In this document: positions 10,288-18,834 of the stretch, piece after piece
How the letters are laid out: each line of letters starts with the position of its first letter
Position numbering within the stretch: position 1 is the first letter of the stretch
Source of the DNA: an uncultured Candidatus Saccharibacteria bacterium
GTDB lineage: Bacteria; Patescibacteriota; Doudnabacteria; UBA920
Direction of reading: 5' to 3'
Assembly (NCBI GenBank): GCA_964505635.1
Contig: CAZDIP010000001.1
Span: 222,412-286,411 of the forward strand
Length of the DNA: 64,000 bases
The notes under the pieces: generated by a model
Databases searched by the model: none
What the model was told of the DNA's origin: nothing
The model's input: only the letters and a program-made list of their open reading frames with translations
Translations under genes and position numbers: made by a program

Positions 10288-11029
10288 AACCCAGGAAGAA
10301 ATAGAAATTATTGCGGAGGGTGGGAAACTCATCCACAATATTTTGCATAAAACCGCCGGGCTTATTAAGCCCGGTATTTCAACCTGGGAATTAAATGAAT
10401 TCGCCGAAAGCGAAATATACAAAATAGGGGGAAGGCCGAGTTTTAAAAATTATGGCCCTAAAAAAAACCCATTTCCGGCCGGCCTTTGCACTTCGGTAAA
10501 CAACCAGGTTGTCCACGGCATTCCCTCGCGTGATGTAATTTTAAAAAACGGAGATATTATTGGCCTGGACATTGGCATGGAATATAAAGGCCTTTATACG
10601 GACACGGCTATAACCGTAGCGGTAGGAACAATTTCCGCCAAAGCGCAAAAGCTTATAGATACCACAAAAAAATGCCTTTCAGAAGCAATAAAAGCGGCCC
10701 AAAACGGCAACAAAATAGGCGATATAGCTTTTGCCACCCAAAGCACAGGGGAAAAAGCCGGCTTTAACGTAGTTAGAGATTTAGTTGGTCACGGCGTTGG
10801 CTACGACGTACACGAAGACCCGGCTGTGCCGTGTTATGGAAAAAAAGGGCAGGGAATTGAACTTAAGGAGGGCATGGTTTTAGCTATTGAACCAATGCTC
10901 ACTGAAAATGAATATTTTGTGGTCTTTGAACCCGACGGCTGGACCATTTCTACTCGCGATGGCGGCCTTTCCGCGCACTTTGAACACACCGTAGCCATAA
11001 CCAAACACGGGGCGAGGGTATTAACTTAA
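10268..11029 (+). CDS. map: Methionine aminopeptidase type I
   Basis: Pita-bread fold metal ligands in conserved context (DIGMEY.., GHGVG, LAIEPM, EHT). Confidence 0.95.
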   Translation: MPKGLIKTQEEIEIIAEGGKLIHNILHKTAGLIKPGISTWELNEFAESEIYKIGGRPSFKNYGPKKNPFPAGLCTSVNNQVVHGIPSRDVILKNGDIIGLDIGMEYKGLYTDTAITVAVGTISAKAQKLIDTTKKCLSEAIKAAQNGNKIGDIAFATQSTGEKAGFNVVRDLVGHGVGYDVHEDPAVPCYGKKGQGIELKEGMVLAIEPMLTENEYFVVFEPDGWTISTRDGGLSAHFEHTVAITKHGARVLT

Positions 11030-11065
11030 ACTCATGAGAGTGCCCTCTAACCGTCTCTAATTGAT

Positions 11066-12844
11066 TTATTTTTTACTTTTTATTTCTTGTAAAACTAAAC
11101 TAGAAAACTCCTCCGACCCCATCTGCCCCAAATCTTTTCCATCCTGAGTTCTAACAGAAATTAAATTCGAAGACACTTCTTTTTCCCCCACAATTATTTG
11201 GTAGGGGATTTTTTGCATTGTGGCTTCGCGGATTTTTTTGCCTATGCTTTCGTTTCTTTCGTCTATTTCTATTCTTAAATTTTCATCTACTGATAGCAAT
11301 TGCTCCCTCACTTTTTTGGCGTATTGTATTTGATTTTCAGAAATTGGCAAAATTACTAACTGAACAGGGGAGAGCCATAACGGAAAACTCCCGGAATAAT
11401 GTTCAATTAACAGACCTATAAACCTCTCCATAGAGCCATAGATTACTCTGTGGATAGCGACAGGTGTTTTTCTACTGCCGTCTTCTGATACGTACTCCAA
11501 ATTAAATCTTCTAGGCTGCTGAAAATCCAGCTGAATAGTACCCATTTGCCACTCCCGTCCAAGCGCGTCTTTCATTAAAATATCCACTTTAGGCCCGTAA
11601 AAAGCACCGTCACCTTCGGCCACAACGTATTCGCGGCCAGATTTTTCTAAAATTCCCCTTAAAGATTTTTCGGCTTTATTCCAAGTTTCAACATCGCCCA
11701 TAAAACTTTCCGGCCTGGTGCCAAGACGATAACGATACTCCATGCCAAAAATCCCATAAAATAATTTTGTAATTTCAAAAACTCTCTCATACTCTTCGGC
11801 TATCATTTCCTCAGTTATAAAAATATGAGCATCGTCCTGCCGAAATTCTCTCACTCGCAATAAACCGTTTAAGGTACCGGCACGCTCGTAACGGTGAAGC
11901 ATATCTGTATCCGATAATCGCAAAGGCAAATCTTTATAGCTTCTTAGCTTGCTGCCAAAAACTACCATGGCGTTCGGGCAGTTCATTGCCTTAACTCCGT
12001 ATTCTTCATGTTCTCCCATGTTGGCCACAAACATATCGCCCCAGTAGTGCTCAAAGTGACCCGAAGTAATGTATAAATCTTTTTTATTTAAAAGCGGGGA
12101 AACAATTTCATGATACTGCCTTTTTTTATGCTCTTTTCGCCAAAAATCAATTAACTCGTTATACAAAACCACGCCCTTTGGCAGCCAGTAAGGCATTCCG
12201 GGCGAAGTCGTATGGAACATAAATAATTCTAGCTGAGGTCCCAATTTTTTGTGATCCCTTTTTTCCGCTTCTTCAAGCATTTTTAAATAGCCTTCCAATT
12301 CCTCTTTAGTTTCAAAAGCATAGCCGTAAACGCGGGTTAGCATTTTATTTTTTTCATCGCCCCGCCAGTAAGCGCCGGCCACCTTAGCTAATTTAAAAGC
12401 ATCCGGATTTATTTCCTTACTGGGATTTTCCACGTGCCCGCCTTTGCATAAGTCTATAAAGTCAGGGGAGTTATGAAAGGTAATTTTTTTACCGCCTTGC
12501 GCAAATTCATTTATAAGTTCGGTTTTATATTCATTCCACTCAAATTCTTTTAAGGCCTCTTCTTTGGAAACTTCTTTTTTTTCAAAATGAGTCCATTTCG
12601 GAATTAATTTTTTTATTTGTTTTTCAATTTTGGGCAAATCTTTTTCGGTCAGAGTATGCCCGACTATTTCAAAATCCTGATAAAAACCATCTTGTATGGC
12701 CGGGCCAATAGCGTTTTTACTGCCAGGCCAAAGCTCCCGCACAGCCGCGGCGGTTAAATGAGCCAGGGTATGGCGAATATTATGAAGTTTTTGTTCTTTA
12801 TCCATATTCTTTACAATTAATTTTTTATGTGCTAACATTTTCAA
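11066..12844 (-). CDS. thrS: Threonine--tRNA ligase, lacking the N-terminal TGS domain
   Basis: Editing-domain HTLAHL motif is already at about residue 24. Class II catalytic core and anticodon-binding domain present. Track start is TTG at 12844; the first ATG is at 12838. Confidence 0.95.
   Translation of the reverse strand: MKMLAHKKLIVKNMDKEQKLHNIRHTLAHLTAAAVRELWPGSKNAIGPAIQDGFYQDFEIVGHTLTEKDLPKIEKQIKKLIPKWTHFEKKEVSKEEALKEFEWNEYKTELINEFAQGGKKITFHNSPDFIDLCKGGHVENPSKEINPDAFKLAKVAGAYWRGDEKNKMLTRVYGYAFETKEELEGYLKMLEEAEKRDHKKLGPQLELFMFHTTSPGMPYWLPKGVVLYNELIDFWRKEHKKRQYHEIVSPLLNKKDLYITSGHFEHYWGDMFVANMGEHEEYGVKAMNCPNAMVVFGSKLRSYKDLPLRLSDTDMLHRYERAGTLNGLLRVREFRQDDAHIFITEEMIAEEYERVFEITKLFYGIFGMEYRYRLGTRPESFMGDVETWNKAEKSLRGILEKSGREYVVAEGDGAFYGPKVDILMKDALGREWQMGTIQLDFQQPRRFNLEYVSEDGSRKTPVAIHRVIYGSMERFIGLLIEHYSGSFPLWLSPVQLVILPISENQIQYAKKVREQLLSVDENLRIEIDERNESIGKKIREATMQKIPYQIIVGEKEVSSNLISVRTQDGKDLGQMGSEEFSSLVLQEIKSKK
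12810..12838 (+). promoter_or_regulatory. Candidate plus-strand promoter firing into the structured element (antisense to the thrS start)
   Basis: TTTACA (12810-12815), 17-nt spacer, extended -10 TGcTAACAT (12830-12838). Confidence 0.35.
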
Positions 12845-13053
12845 ACAACCTACCGGAGGTCAAGCTGATTTTGCGATCATTTCTTTTATCATCCGCTGCC
12901 GAGAAACCGAACTTCAGGCAGCAAACGAAGCAAATTTCGCAAAATCGCGCAAACGCGGGCGAGCATTCTTCCTCGGAGTTCCGGGGGGTTATAAGACTCT
13001 TAAAGGTACCGCTACCTCCGGTAGGAATCTCAAAAATTCCTACTTTTTATTTT
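12845..13053 (+). ncRNA. Candidate structured RNA (unassigned family): plus-strand sRNA or, on the other strand, the thrS 5' leader
   Basis: Perfect 12-bp long-range helix 12849-12860/13014-13025. Internal 9-bp helix 12867-12875/12938-12946 and 6-bp helix 12895-12900/12917-12922. Terminator-like hairpin 13021-13043 plus T-run on the plus strand. GC-rich island. Confidence 0.4.
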
Positions 13054-13738
13054 CTAAATCTATTAACTGCTCTTGCCTGTCTTTCATATTATACTTATTT
13101 AAAAGTTCCAAAGCCTTAGGCTTTGCCTCCTGTATTGCCGCGAAAACTTCTGTTTGCGGCTTTTTTAAAATTTTCAGGCATTCTGCTTTTTTTAACAATA
13201 TGCCGGTTTCTAATATTAACCTATGCCATGGCCTTAGGCTAGGCGAATTACTTTGCCTCACTAGGCTTAAAGCGGAATTAAAATCTATCAATGAATCTTC
13301 AAATCCATTTGCCGCCTTGCTAAGGGCCAAATGACCTAAAAATTCAGCTTTGGTAAAATCTTCAACCCCTTTGTCAGCTAAAACTTGTGCATAGGCTTTT
13401 TTATGTTCTTCTAAGGCCTCTAAAAGCCGGCTTAACGAATAAAAAGCATCTCCTTTGCGCAAATGCATAACTGCCAACGCATGTCCGGTTATGTGTTGCT
13501 GCTTGCAAATTTGCAAAGCCTTGTCTATTTGTTCCAGGATTTGATGCAAATATGCAGGATTATTGGTGGCTTTAAAAAATTTTTTAAAAATGTGGACTTT
13601 ATGTCCTATTCCTTCTAAATAATTTTTGAAGTCGCGGCTTTTTAAAAATTCCTTAAGCTGTTGATTAATCAAACTTTCTGCGTCAGTAATTTTTCCAGTT
13701 TCGGAAAGTATTTCAAATTGCTCAAAAATAGAACTCAT
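13040..13738 (-). CDS. Hypothetical protein (helical)
   Basis: ORF extends to 13831, but the Met at 13738 (MSSIFEQFE) avoids the structured upstream segment. No recognisable motif. Confidence 0.4.
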   Translation of the reverse strand: MSSIFEQFEILSETGKITDAESLINQQLKEFLKSRDFKNYLEGIGHKVHIFKKFFKATNNPAYLHQILEQIDKALQICKQQHITGHALAVMHLRKGDAFYSLSRLLEALEEHKKAYAQVLADKGVEDFTKAEFLGHLALSKAANGFEDSLIDFNSALSLVRQSNSPSLRPWHRLILETGILLKKAECLKILKKPQTEVFAAIQEAKPKALELLNKYNMKDRQEQLIDLENKK

Positions 13739-14000
13739 AAAACCAAAAGACCCCGGGATTTTAACTGTAAGTCTACAGTAAAAACCCTGGGGTCTTGGAT
13801 ATAAGACCAAGACGTTTCCGTCCCAGTTCACTTAAGTGGCTCTAGAACACTTAAGTCTTTTTATGCTTTTGTCTCAAACTCCTTAGATTGGTTGTCTAAG
13901 TAGTAACGTTTGAAGAACTGAAAAAATTATAACATAAGCCAAAATAGCTGACAAGCTAAGATTTCCACAACTGGTAAAAAATATTGATTTATAAAAACTA

Positions 14001-14029
14001 TTGACATTTTATATATTATATGATATAAT
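14001..14029 (+). promoter_or_regulatory. Consensus sigma70 promoter with extended -10
   Basis: TTGACA (14001-14006), 17-nt spacer, TGaTATAAT (14021-14029). Confidence 0.7.
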
Positions 14030-14077
14030 ATGTAAATAGGCTGCTCCAAGGGCGGCCTAAAGAAAGGGGGGCTATTC

Positions 14078-14329
14078 ATGGCACATGGCCATGAAAACAA
14101 CCATGGCAACGGCCATGGGAATTCGCACGATGCCCACAAAGATGGGCACGGGCATAAAGAAGAATCAACAGCTTTTTTGGCAGTAAGCGCGTTTGTGCTT
14201 CTGCTGATTTGGCTGGTTGGCCGTTTGCCGGGCGACTGGCCAACCGTACTAAGATTATTTCTCGGCATAGGTTTGGCCGGCTTCTTTGCCACTCTATGGA
14301 AGGGAGGCGACGACCACGGCCACCACTAG
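14078..14329 (+). CDS. Small histidine-rich membrane protein (putative metal-binding)
   Basis: 13 His in the first 26 residues (MAHGHENNHGNGHGNSHDAHKDGHGH), two predicted TM helices, C-terminal DDHGHH. RBS GAAAGGGGGG lies upstream of the ATG. Confidence 0.6.
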   Translation: MAHGHENNHGNGHGNSHDAHKDGHGHKEESTAFLAVSAFVLLLIWLVGRLPGDWPTVLRLFLGIGLAGFFATLWKGGDDHGHH

Positions 14330-14362
14330 ACTCGCAATGCTGTACTCGCGAGTCTTTTTTTT
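14329..14362 (+). terminator. Rho-independent terminator
   Basis: GACTCGC / GCGAGTC stem followed by T8. Confidence 0.7.
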
Positions 14363-17300
14363 ATTCCACGTCAACTTTTAAAACTCCGGAAACTTCTTTA
14401 AGCTTGCTGATAAGCTCGGATGCGACATTTACCCGGCTTTGGGCTTTAATTTTTTTAGCATTAGGCCCGCTACCCAAAAGCAGATACACCTGAGCCTGGC
14501 CCGGAAAAGCCGTTAAAATTTGTTTTATTTCATTAAGCGCCGAGGAGTTGCTTAAATTCTGCATATGCAAAACCAAGTGCTTATTTTTTTCAACCTCTTT
14601 TAAAGCTACACTGTAAAGCTCGTCTGAGGGCAGGACCTTAATTTCTTCCGCAATTAACTTAAATTCTTCGTCTTTGTCGGAAAGCCGGCCTCTGACCTGC
14701 ACAATTTGGTCATTTGCCAAAAACGGCAAGGCCGCTTCCATCACTTTAGGAAAAACTAAAACTTCCACGCTGCCGGTGCCGTCTTCCAAGGTAAAAAAAG
14801 CCATGGGGTCATTTTTTTTAGTCAAAGTTTTTTTAAGACGGGAAATTATTCCGCCCATTACCACATTCTGGCCCAGCATATCCAAATGTAAATTTTTAAC
14901 TAAAATTAGGCCGTTCAGCACTTTACGATAATTGTCCAAAGGGTGGGCGGAAACATACATGCCTAAATGCTCTTTCTCCCAAACTAATTTTTCTTCTTTA
15001 CCTGCAGGGGGGAATGATTTTAAGGTTAATTTGCCGAAATGCATGTTTTTTCCAAACAAAGAATTTTGACCCGAATTTTCCGCTTTAAAATGTTCGCGTA
15101 CGAATTCCAAAACCTCATCGGTATTGTTTAGCAAGCTGCCGCGTTCGCCGAAGGCGTCCAAAGCTCCGGCTTTTACAAGCGCCTCCCAGGATTTTTTGTT
15201 AAAGTTTTTAACATGGCATTTTAAAAGAAAATCCTGAAGGGAAAGGAAAACGGGTGAACCATAGGCATTACTATGACGATAACTAAAATCCGCATCTGCA
15301 GATTTATTATTGTTATTGTCATTACTAACCTTGCCCTGCCTGGCCTCCATAATTCTTTGTATCACGTCGCTGCCTAAATTCTTTATGGCATTAAGTCCAA
15401 AACGAATGGTTTTTTCATCCACTACCGTAAAATCTCCCATAGATTCCCGAACATCCGGCGGTAAAACCGAAATACCCAATGCCTTACATTCTTCCACAGC
15501 TTCGTAAATTTTATCTTCATCGCCGCTTTCGGCGGTCATTAACGCCGCCATAAATTCTACCGGGTAATTTGCTTTCATGTAAGCCGTCTGGTAGGATACG
15601 ACCGAATAAGAAGCCGAGTGGGCTTTATTAAAACCATAGGCCGCGAAAGGTTCAATCCAGGTCCAAATCTGCTCGGCCTTTTGGTGGCTCCAGTTGCTGG
15701 TTTTCTGACAACCTTGAATAAATTTAATTTTTTGCTTAGCCATTTCTTCAGGAATTTTTTTACCCACCGCTTTGCGGAATTTATCCACCTCTTCCCAGGA
15801 ATACCCGGCCAAATCATGGGCAATGGTTAGCAAATCGTCCTGGTAAACCAAAATTCCATATGTCCTATGCAGTATCTTTTCAAATGCCGGATCCAGATAG
15901 TTAATCAACTTTGAATTATGCTTGCGTTTAATATAATCTTCTATAAACTGCATGGGCCCGGGACGGTACAAAGCTATCATGGCCATAATGTCAAAAACTG
16001 AGCTGGGTTTTAGTTCTTTTAAATACCTGGTCATTCCCGAAGATCCCATTTGAAACACCCCAAAAGTAAGTCCGTCGGACAAAAGTTTAAAGGTTTTTTG
16101 GTCAGGGTGGGGGAGATTATAAATATCAATTTTAATACCGTGTCTTTTTTCAACCAGATTAACTGCCGCTTCCAGAATAGAAAGATTGCGAATCCCTAGC
16201 AAATCCAGCTTTACAACTCCAATGGCTTTGGAGCTGGCATTAACATCCAAAGCATACATATCATACTGGGTAATAACCCTCTCGCCATCGGGTTCTTTTT
16301 GCAATGGCATGTAGTCGGTTAGTTGGGTAGGGGTAATAACAATGCCGGCCGCGTGAACGGAAGCATGGCGCGCGCAGCCCTCCAATTTTTTTGCAATCGT
16401 CAAAATCCGCCTGGTTTCCGGATCCTGATCGTAAATGGCTTTTAACTCGGGGGTTTTTTCAAGCGCAATGTCTAGCGTCATATGAAAGCCCTGTTTGCCG
16501 ATGGGAATCATTTTGGCAATCTGGTCACACTTGGAATAAGGCACGCCGAGGGCCCGGCCAACGTCCCTAACGGCAGCGCGAGCCATCATGGTTCCAAAGG
16601 TAATAATTTGCGCGACTTTGTCCGAGCCGTACTTTTGGGTAATATAAGCAATGGCTTCGTCGCGGCGGTTATCGGCAATATCAAGGTCAATATCGGGCGG
16701 AGTCGGCCGATGCATGGTTAAAAATCTTTCAAATGGCAGCTCGTAGTAAAGAGGGTCCACATTAGTAATACCTAAAATCCTGCCGACAATGCTGCCGGCA
16801 GCGCTGCCCCTGGTATTGGTAATGGCGCCGATATTGTGGGCGCCTTTCACCGCATCGGCCACCATTAAAAAATAAGTGTCGAATCCCTTTTTACAGATAA
16901 TATTTAACTCATAATTTATGCGCTCAATAATTTCTTCGGGCACCTGTCCGTTTTGTCCATAAATCTCTTTTGCACTTTCATGCACAATTTGATTCAAATA
17001 GGTTTGTGAATCTAGGCCGGAAGGAATTTCCACTTTTGGGAAGTAACGCTGGTCAATCTGGATTTCCAGGTCGCACATATCGGCTATTTTTTGCGTATTA
17101 TGCAAAGCTTCCGGGACGTCGTAAAATAGTTCGTGCATTTTTTCAGGCGACTTTAAAGACAGATCATAACCCCGCATATCCAAACGGTCTTGCTCTTCCA
17201 CAGTGCGTCCCGTGCCAATACATACCATCACATCCTGAGCTTCACTGTCTTCCGGGTATATGTAGTGGCAATCGGCGGTGGCGACCAAGTTTAAACTTCT

Positions 17301-17891
17301 GGATTTGGCCAACGAAATAAGGCGGTTGTTTAAAAGAGTTTCATTTGGATCTTCATGCCTGCTGTTGCGTTGAATTTCAATAAAAAATCTTCCCGGCCCG
17401 AATATACTTAAATACTTTTCCAGCGCCTGGTTCGCTTCATGGTCGGATTTCATGATAGCTTTTGCAATTTCACCCCGCTGGCAACCTGAAAGGCAGATTA
17501 AACCTTCGGAGTGGCTGGCTAGAAGATTTAAATCTATTCTTGGCTTATAGTAAAACCCTTCTAAATGAGCAGTTGTCGTAAGGTTTATTAAATTCCGGTA
17601 ACCTACTTGATTCTGAGCCAACAATGTTAAATGATAGTAAGCCGAATCAATTTTTGCCTCTTTTTCCAAAAGAGAGCGAGGAGCAACGTATGCCTCAAGG
17701 CCAATAATCGGCTTAATGCCGGCTTCTTTGCATTTATTAAAAAATTCAATGGTGCCGTACATAACACCGTGATCAGTAATAGCCAAAGCTTCCATATTAA
17801 GCTCTTTGACACGTTCAACCAAAGGGTCAATTTTAGAAAGACCATCTAATAAAGAATAGTGTGAATGGCAATGTAAGTGAGTAAACTTCAT
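14361..17891 (-). CDS. dnaE: DNA polymerase III alpha subunit
   Basis: PHP domain start MKFTHLHCHSHYSLLDG, polymerase core, OB fold. ATG at 17891 is preferred over the track TTG at 17912. Confidence 0.95.
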   Translation of the reverse strand: MKFTHLHCHSHYSLLDGLSKIDPLVERVKELNMEALAITDHGVMYGTIEFFNKCKEAGIKPIIGLEAYVAPRSLLEKEAKIDSAYYHLTLLAQNQVGYRNLINLTTTAHLEGFYYKPRIDLNLLASHSEGLICLSGCQRGEIAKAIMKSDHEANQALEKYLSIFGPGRFFIEIQRNSRHEDPNETLLNNRLISLAKSRSLNLVATADCHYIYPEDSEAQDVMVCIGTGRTVEEQDRLDMRGYDLSLKSPEKMHELFYDVPEALHNTQKIADMCDLEIQIDQRYFPKVEIPSGLDSQTYLNQIVHESAKEIYGQNGQVPEEIIERINYELNIICKKGFDTYFLMVADAVKGAHNIGAITNTRGSAAGSIVGRILGITNVDPLYYELPFERFLTMHRPTPPDIDLDIADNRRDEAIAYITQKYGSDKVAQIITFGTMMARAAVRDVGRALGVPYSKCDQIAKMIPIGKQGFHMTLDIALEKTPELKAIYDQDPETRRILTIAKKLEGCARHASVHAAGIVITPTQLTDYMPLQKEPDGERVITQYDMYALDVNASSKAIGVVKLDLLGIRNLSILEAAVNLVEKRHGIKIDIYNLPHPDQKTFKLLSDGLTFGVFQMGSSGMTRYLKELKPSSVFDIMAMIALYRPGPMQFIEDYIKRKHNSKLINYLDPAFEKILHRTYGILVYQDDLLTIAHDLAGYSWEEVDKFRKAVGKKIPEEMAKQKIKFIQGCQKTSNWSHQKAEQIWTWIEPFAAYGFNKAHSASYSVVSYQTAYMKANYPVEFMAALMTAESGDEDKIYEAVEECKALGISVLPPDVRESMGDFTVVDEKTIRFGLNAIKNLGSDVIQRIMEARQGKVSNDNNNNKSADADFSYRHSNAYGSPVFLSLQDFLLKCHVKNFNKKSWEALVKAGALDAFGERGSLLNNTDEVLEFVREHFKAENSGQNSLFGKNMHFGKLTLKSFPPAGKEEKLVWEKEHLGMYVSAHPLDNYRKVLNGLILVKNLHLDMLGQNVVMGGIISRLKKTLTKKNDPMAFFTLEDGTGSVEVLVFPKVMEAALPFLANDQIVQVRGRLSDKDEEFKLIAEEIKVLPSDELYSVALKEVEKNKHLVLHMQNLSNSSALNEIKQILTAFPGQAQVYLLLGSGPNAKKIKAQSRVNVASELISKLKEVSGVLKVDVE

Positions 17892-17969
17892 AGGCAAGCT
17901 TAATATTACCAAAGTGGCCGTGGTTTTGCTATACTAAAAACATACTAAACAAAAATTAGCCTTTATTGT

Positions 17970-18830
17970 ATGTCCCTTTTAAAGGAAAAAGCTTTACTGG
18001 AATTGGAAGAAGCCGAATTTTATGCCGGCCAAACATTAAACCGGTTCCCTCCTTTAATGAAATATGCGTTATACATTATTCTGCTGGGCACTATACCCGC
18101 ATATTTAATAACAAAACAGGTTTCCCGGGCCTACTGGGATAAACACTACAAGAATGCCATGGTTTCCGCTGTGCCTAGTTTTTTGGAAGCTCAGTCGCCC
18201 AAACTTTCCCCCACGACCCTAATTTCACACCAAGGCAGCTATACCGCAGTTTTGGAAATTTCAAATGAAAATATTGACCTAAGTTTGCCTGAAACTTCTT
18301 TCAAAATAGACTTTACAAATAACCTAGAACAAACTGTTTATACCTATGAGGGTAAATTATTTTTACTGCCCAATCAAAAAAAATATATAGTAGTCCCGCG
18401 CTTTCAAACCAATGAAGCTATAAAATCCGCTGATTTTAGTTTTTTACAGCAGCTTAAGTGGCAAAAGCGCCTCAGCATACCCAAAGTTAACCTGGCTGTG
18501 ATCCCGGCTACTTTTGAAAACCAAACTGAACCGGCAGCCTTTGTGATTGAAAGCGGCCTGTCTAATCAAAGTCCCTATAACATTAAACAGGCCAGATTAA
18601 CTTTTGTCGTTAAAGACGTAGATGGAAAAATTATCACAGCCAGCCAAAGGGATGAGTTTACTCTCAAGCCAAAAGAACTTAGAAGCTTCAAACAAAGCTG
18701 GCCCAACCTCTTTATACCTAACGCCTCTAAAATAGAAGTTTATGCGGAAACAAATCCGCTTGACAGAAACAATTTAGGCGTCCAAGCTCAAGATTCAACA
18801 AACGCTTCAGACCTTAGCAGGCCTAATTAA
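17970..18830 (+). CDS. Hypothetical membrane-anchored protein
   Basis: One N-terminal TM helix and a beta-rich remainder. Lies immediately upstream of rodA. Confidence 0.4.
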   Translation: MSLLKEKALLELEEAEFYAGQTLNRFPPLMKYALYIILLGTIPAYLITKQVSRAYWDKHYKNAMVSAVPSFLEAQSPKLSPTTLISHQGSYTAVLEISNENIDLSLPETSFKIDFTNNLEQTVYTYEGKLFLLPNQKKYIVVPRFQTNEAIKSADFSFLQQLKWQKRLSIPKVNLAVIPATFENQTEPAAFVIESGLSNQSPYNIKQARLTFVVKDVDGKIITASQRDEFTLKPKELRSFKQSWPNLFIPNASKIEVYAETNPLDRNNLGVQAQDSTNASDLSRPN

Positions 18831-18834
18831 AATT

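Noticed and set aside
12999-13013. AAAGGTACCGC resembles the T-box core (GGTGGTACCGCG), suggesting a thrS T-box leader.
   Set aside because: The match is on the plus strand, whereas thrS is on the minus strand and diverges from it. The GGGTGG part is missing. I could not find a specifier loop or Stem I landmarks. It is kept only as an unassigned structured element.
12829-13119. 96-aa plus-strand ORF across the structured element.
   Set aside because: It spans helices, a terminator hairpin and the end of the convergent gene. It has no RBS and low-complexity content.
13927-14493. ORFs of 121 aa (minus) and 94 aa (plus) overlapping the His-rich gene.
   Set aside because: They are open only because of the local GC richness. 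The promoter, RBS and terminator all support the 83-aa plus-strand frame. The 94-aa ORF also runs antisense into dnaE.
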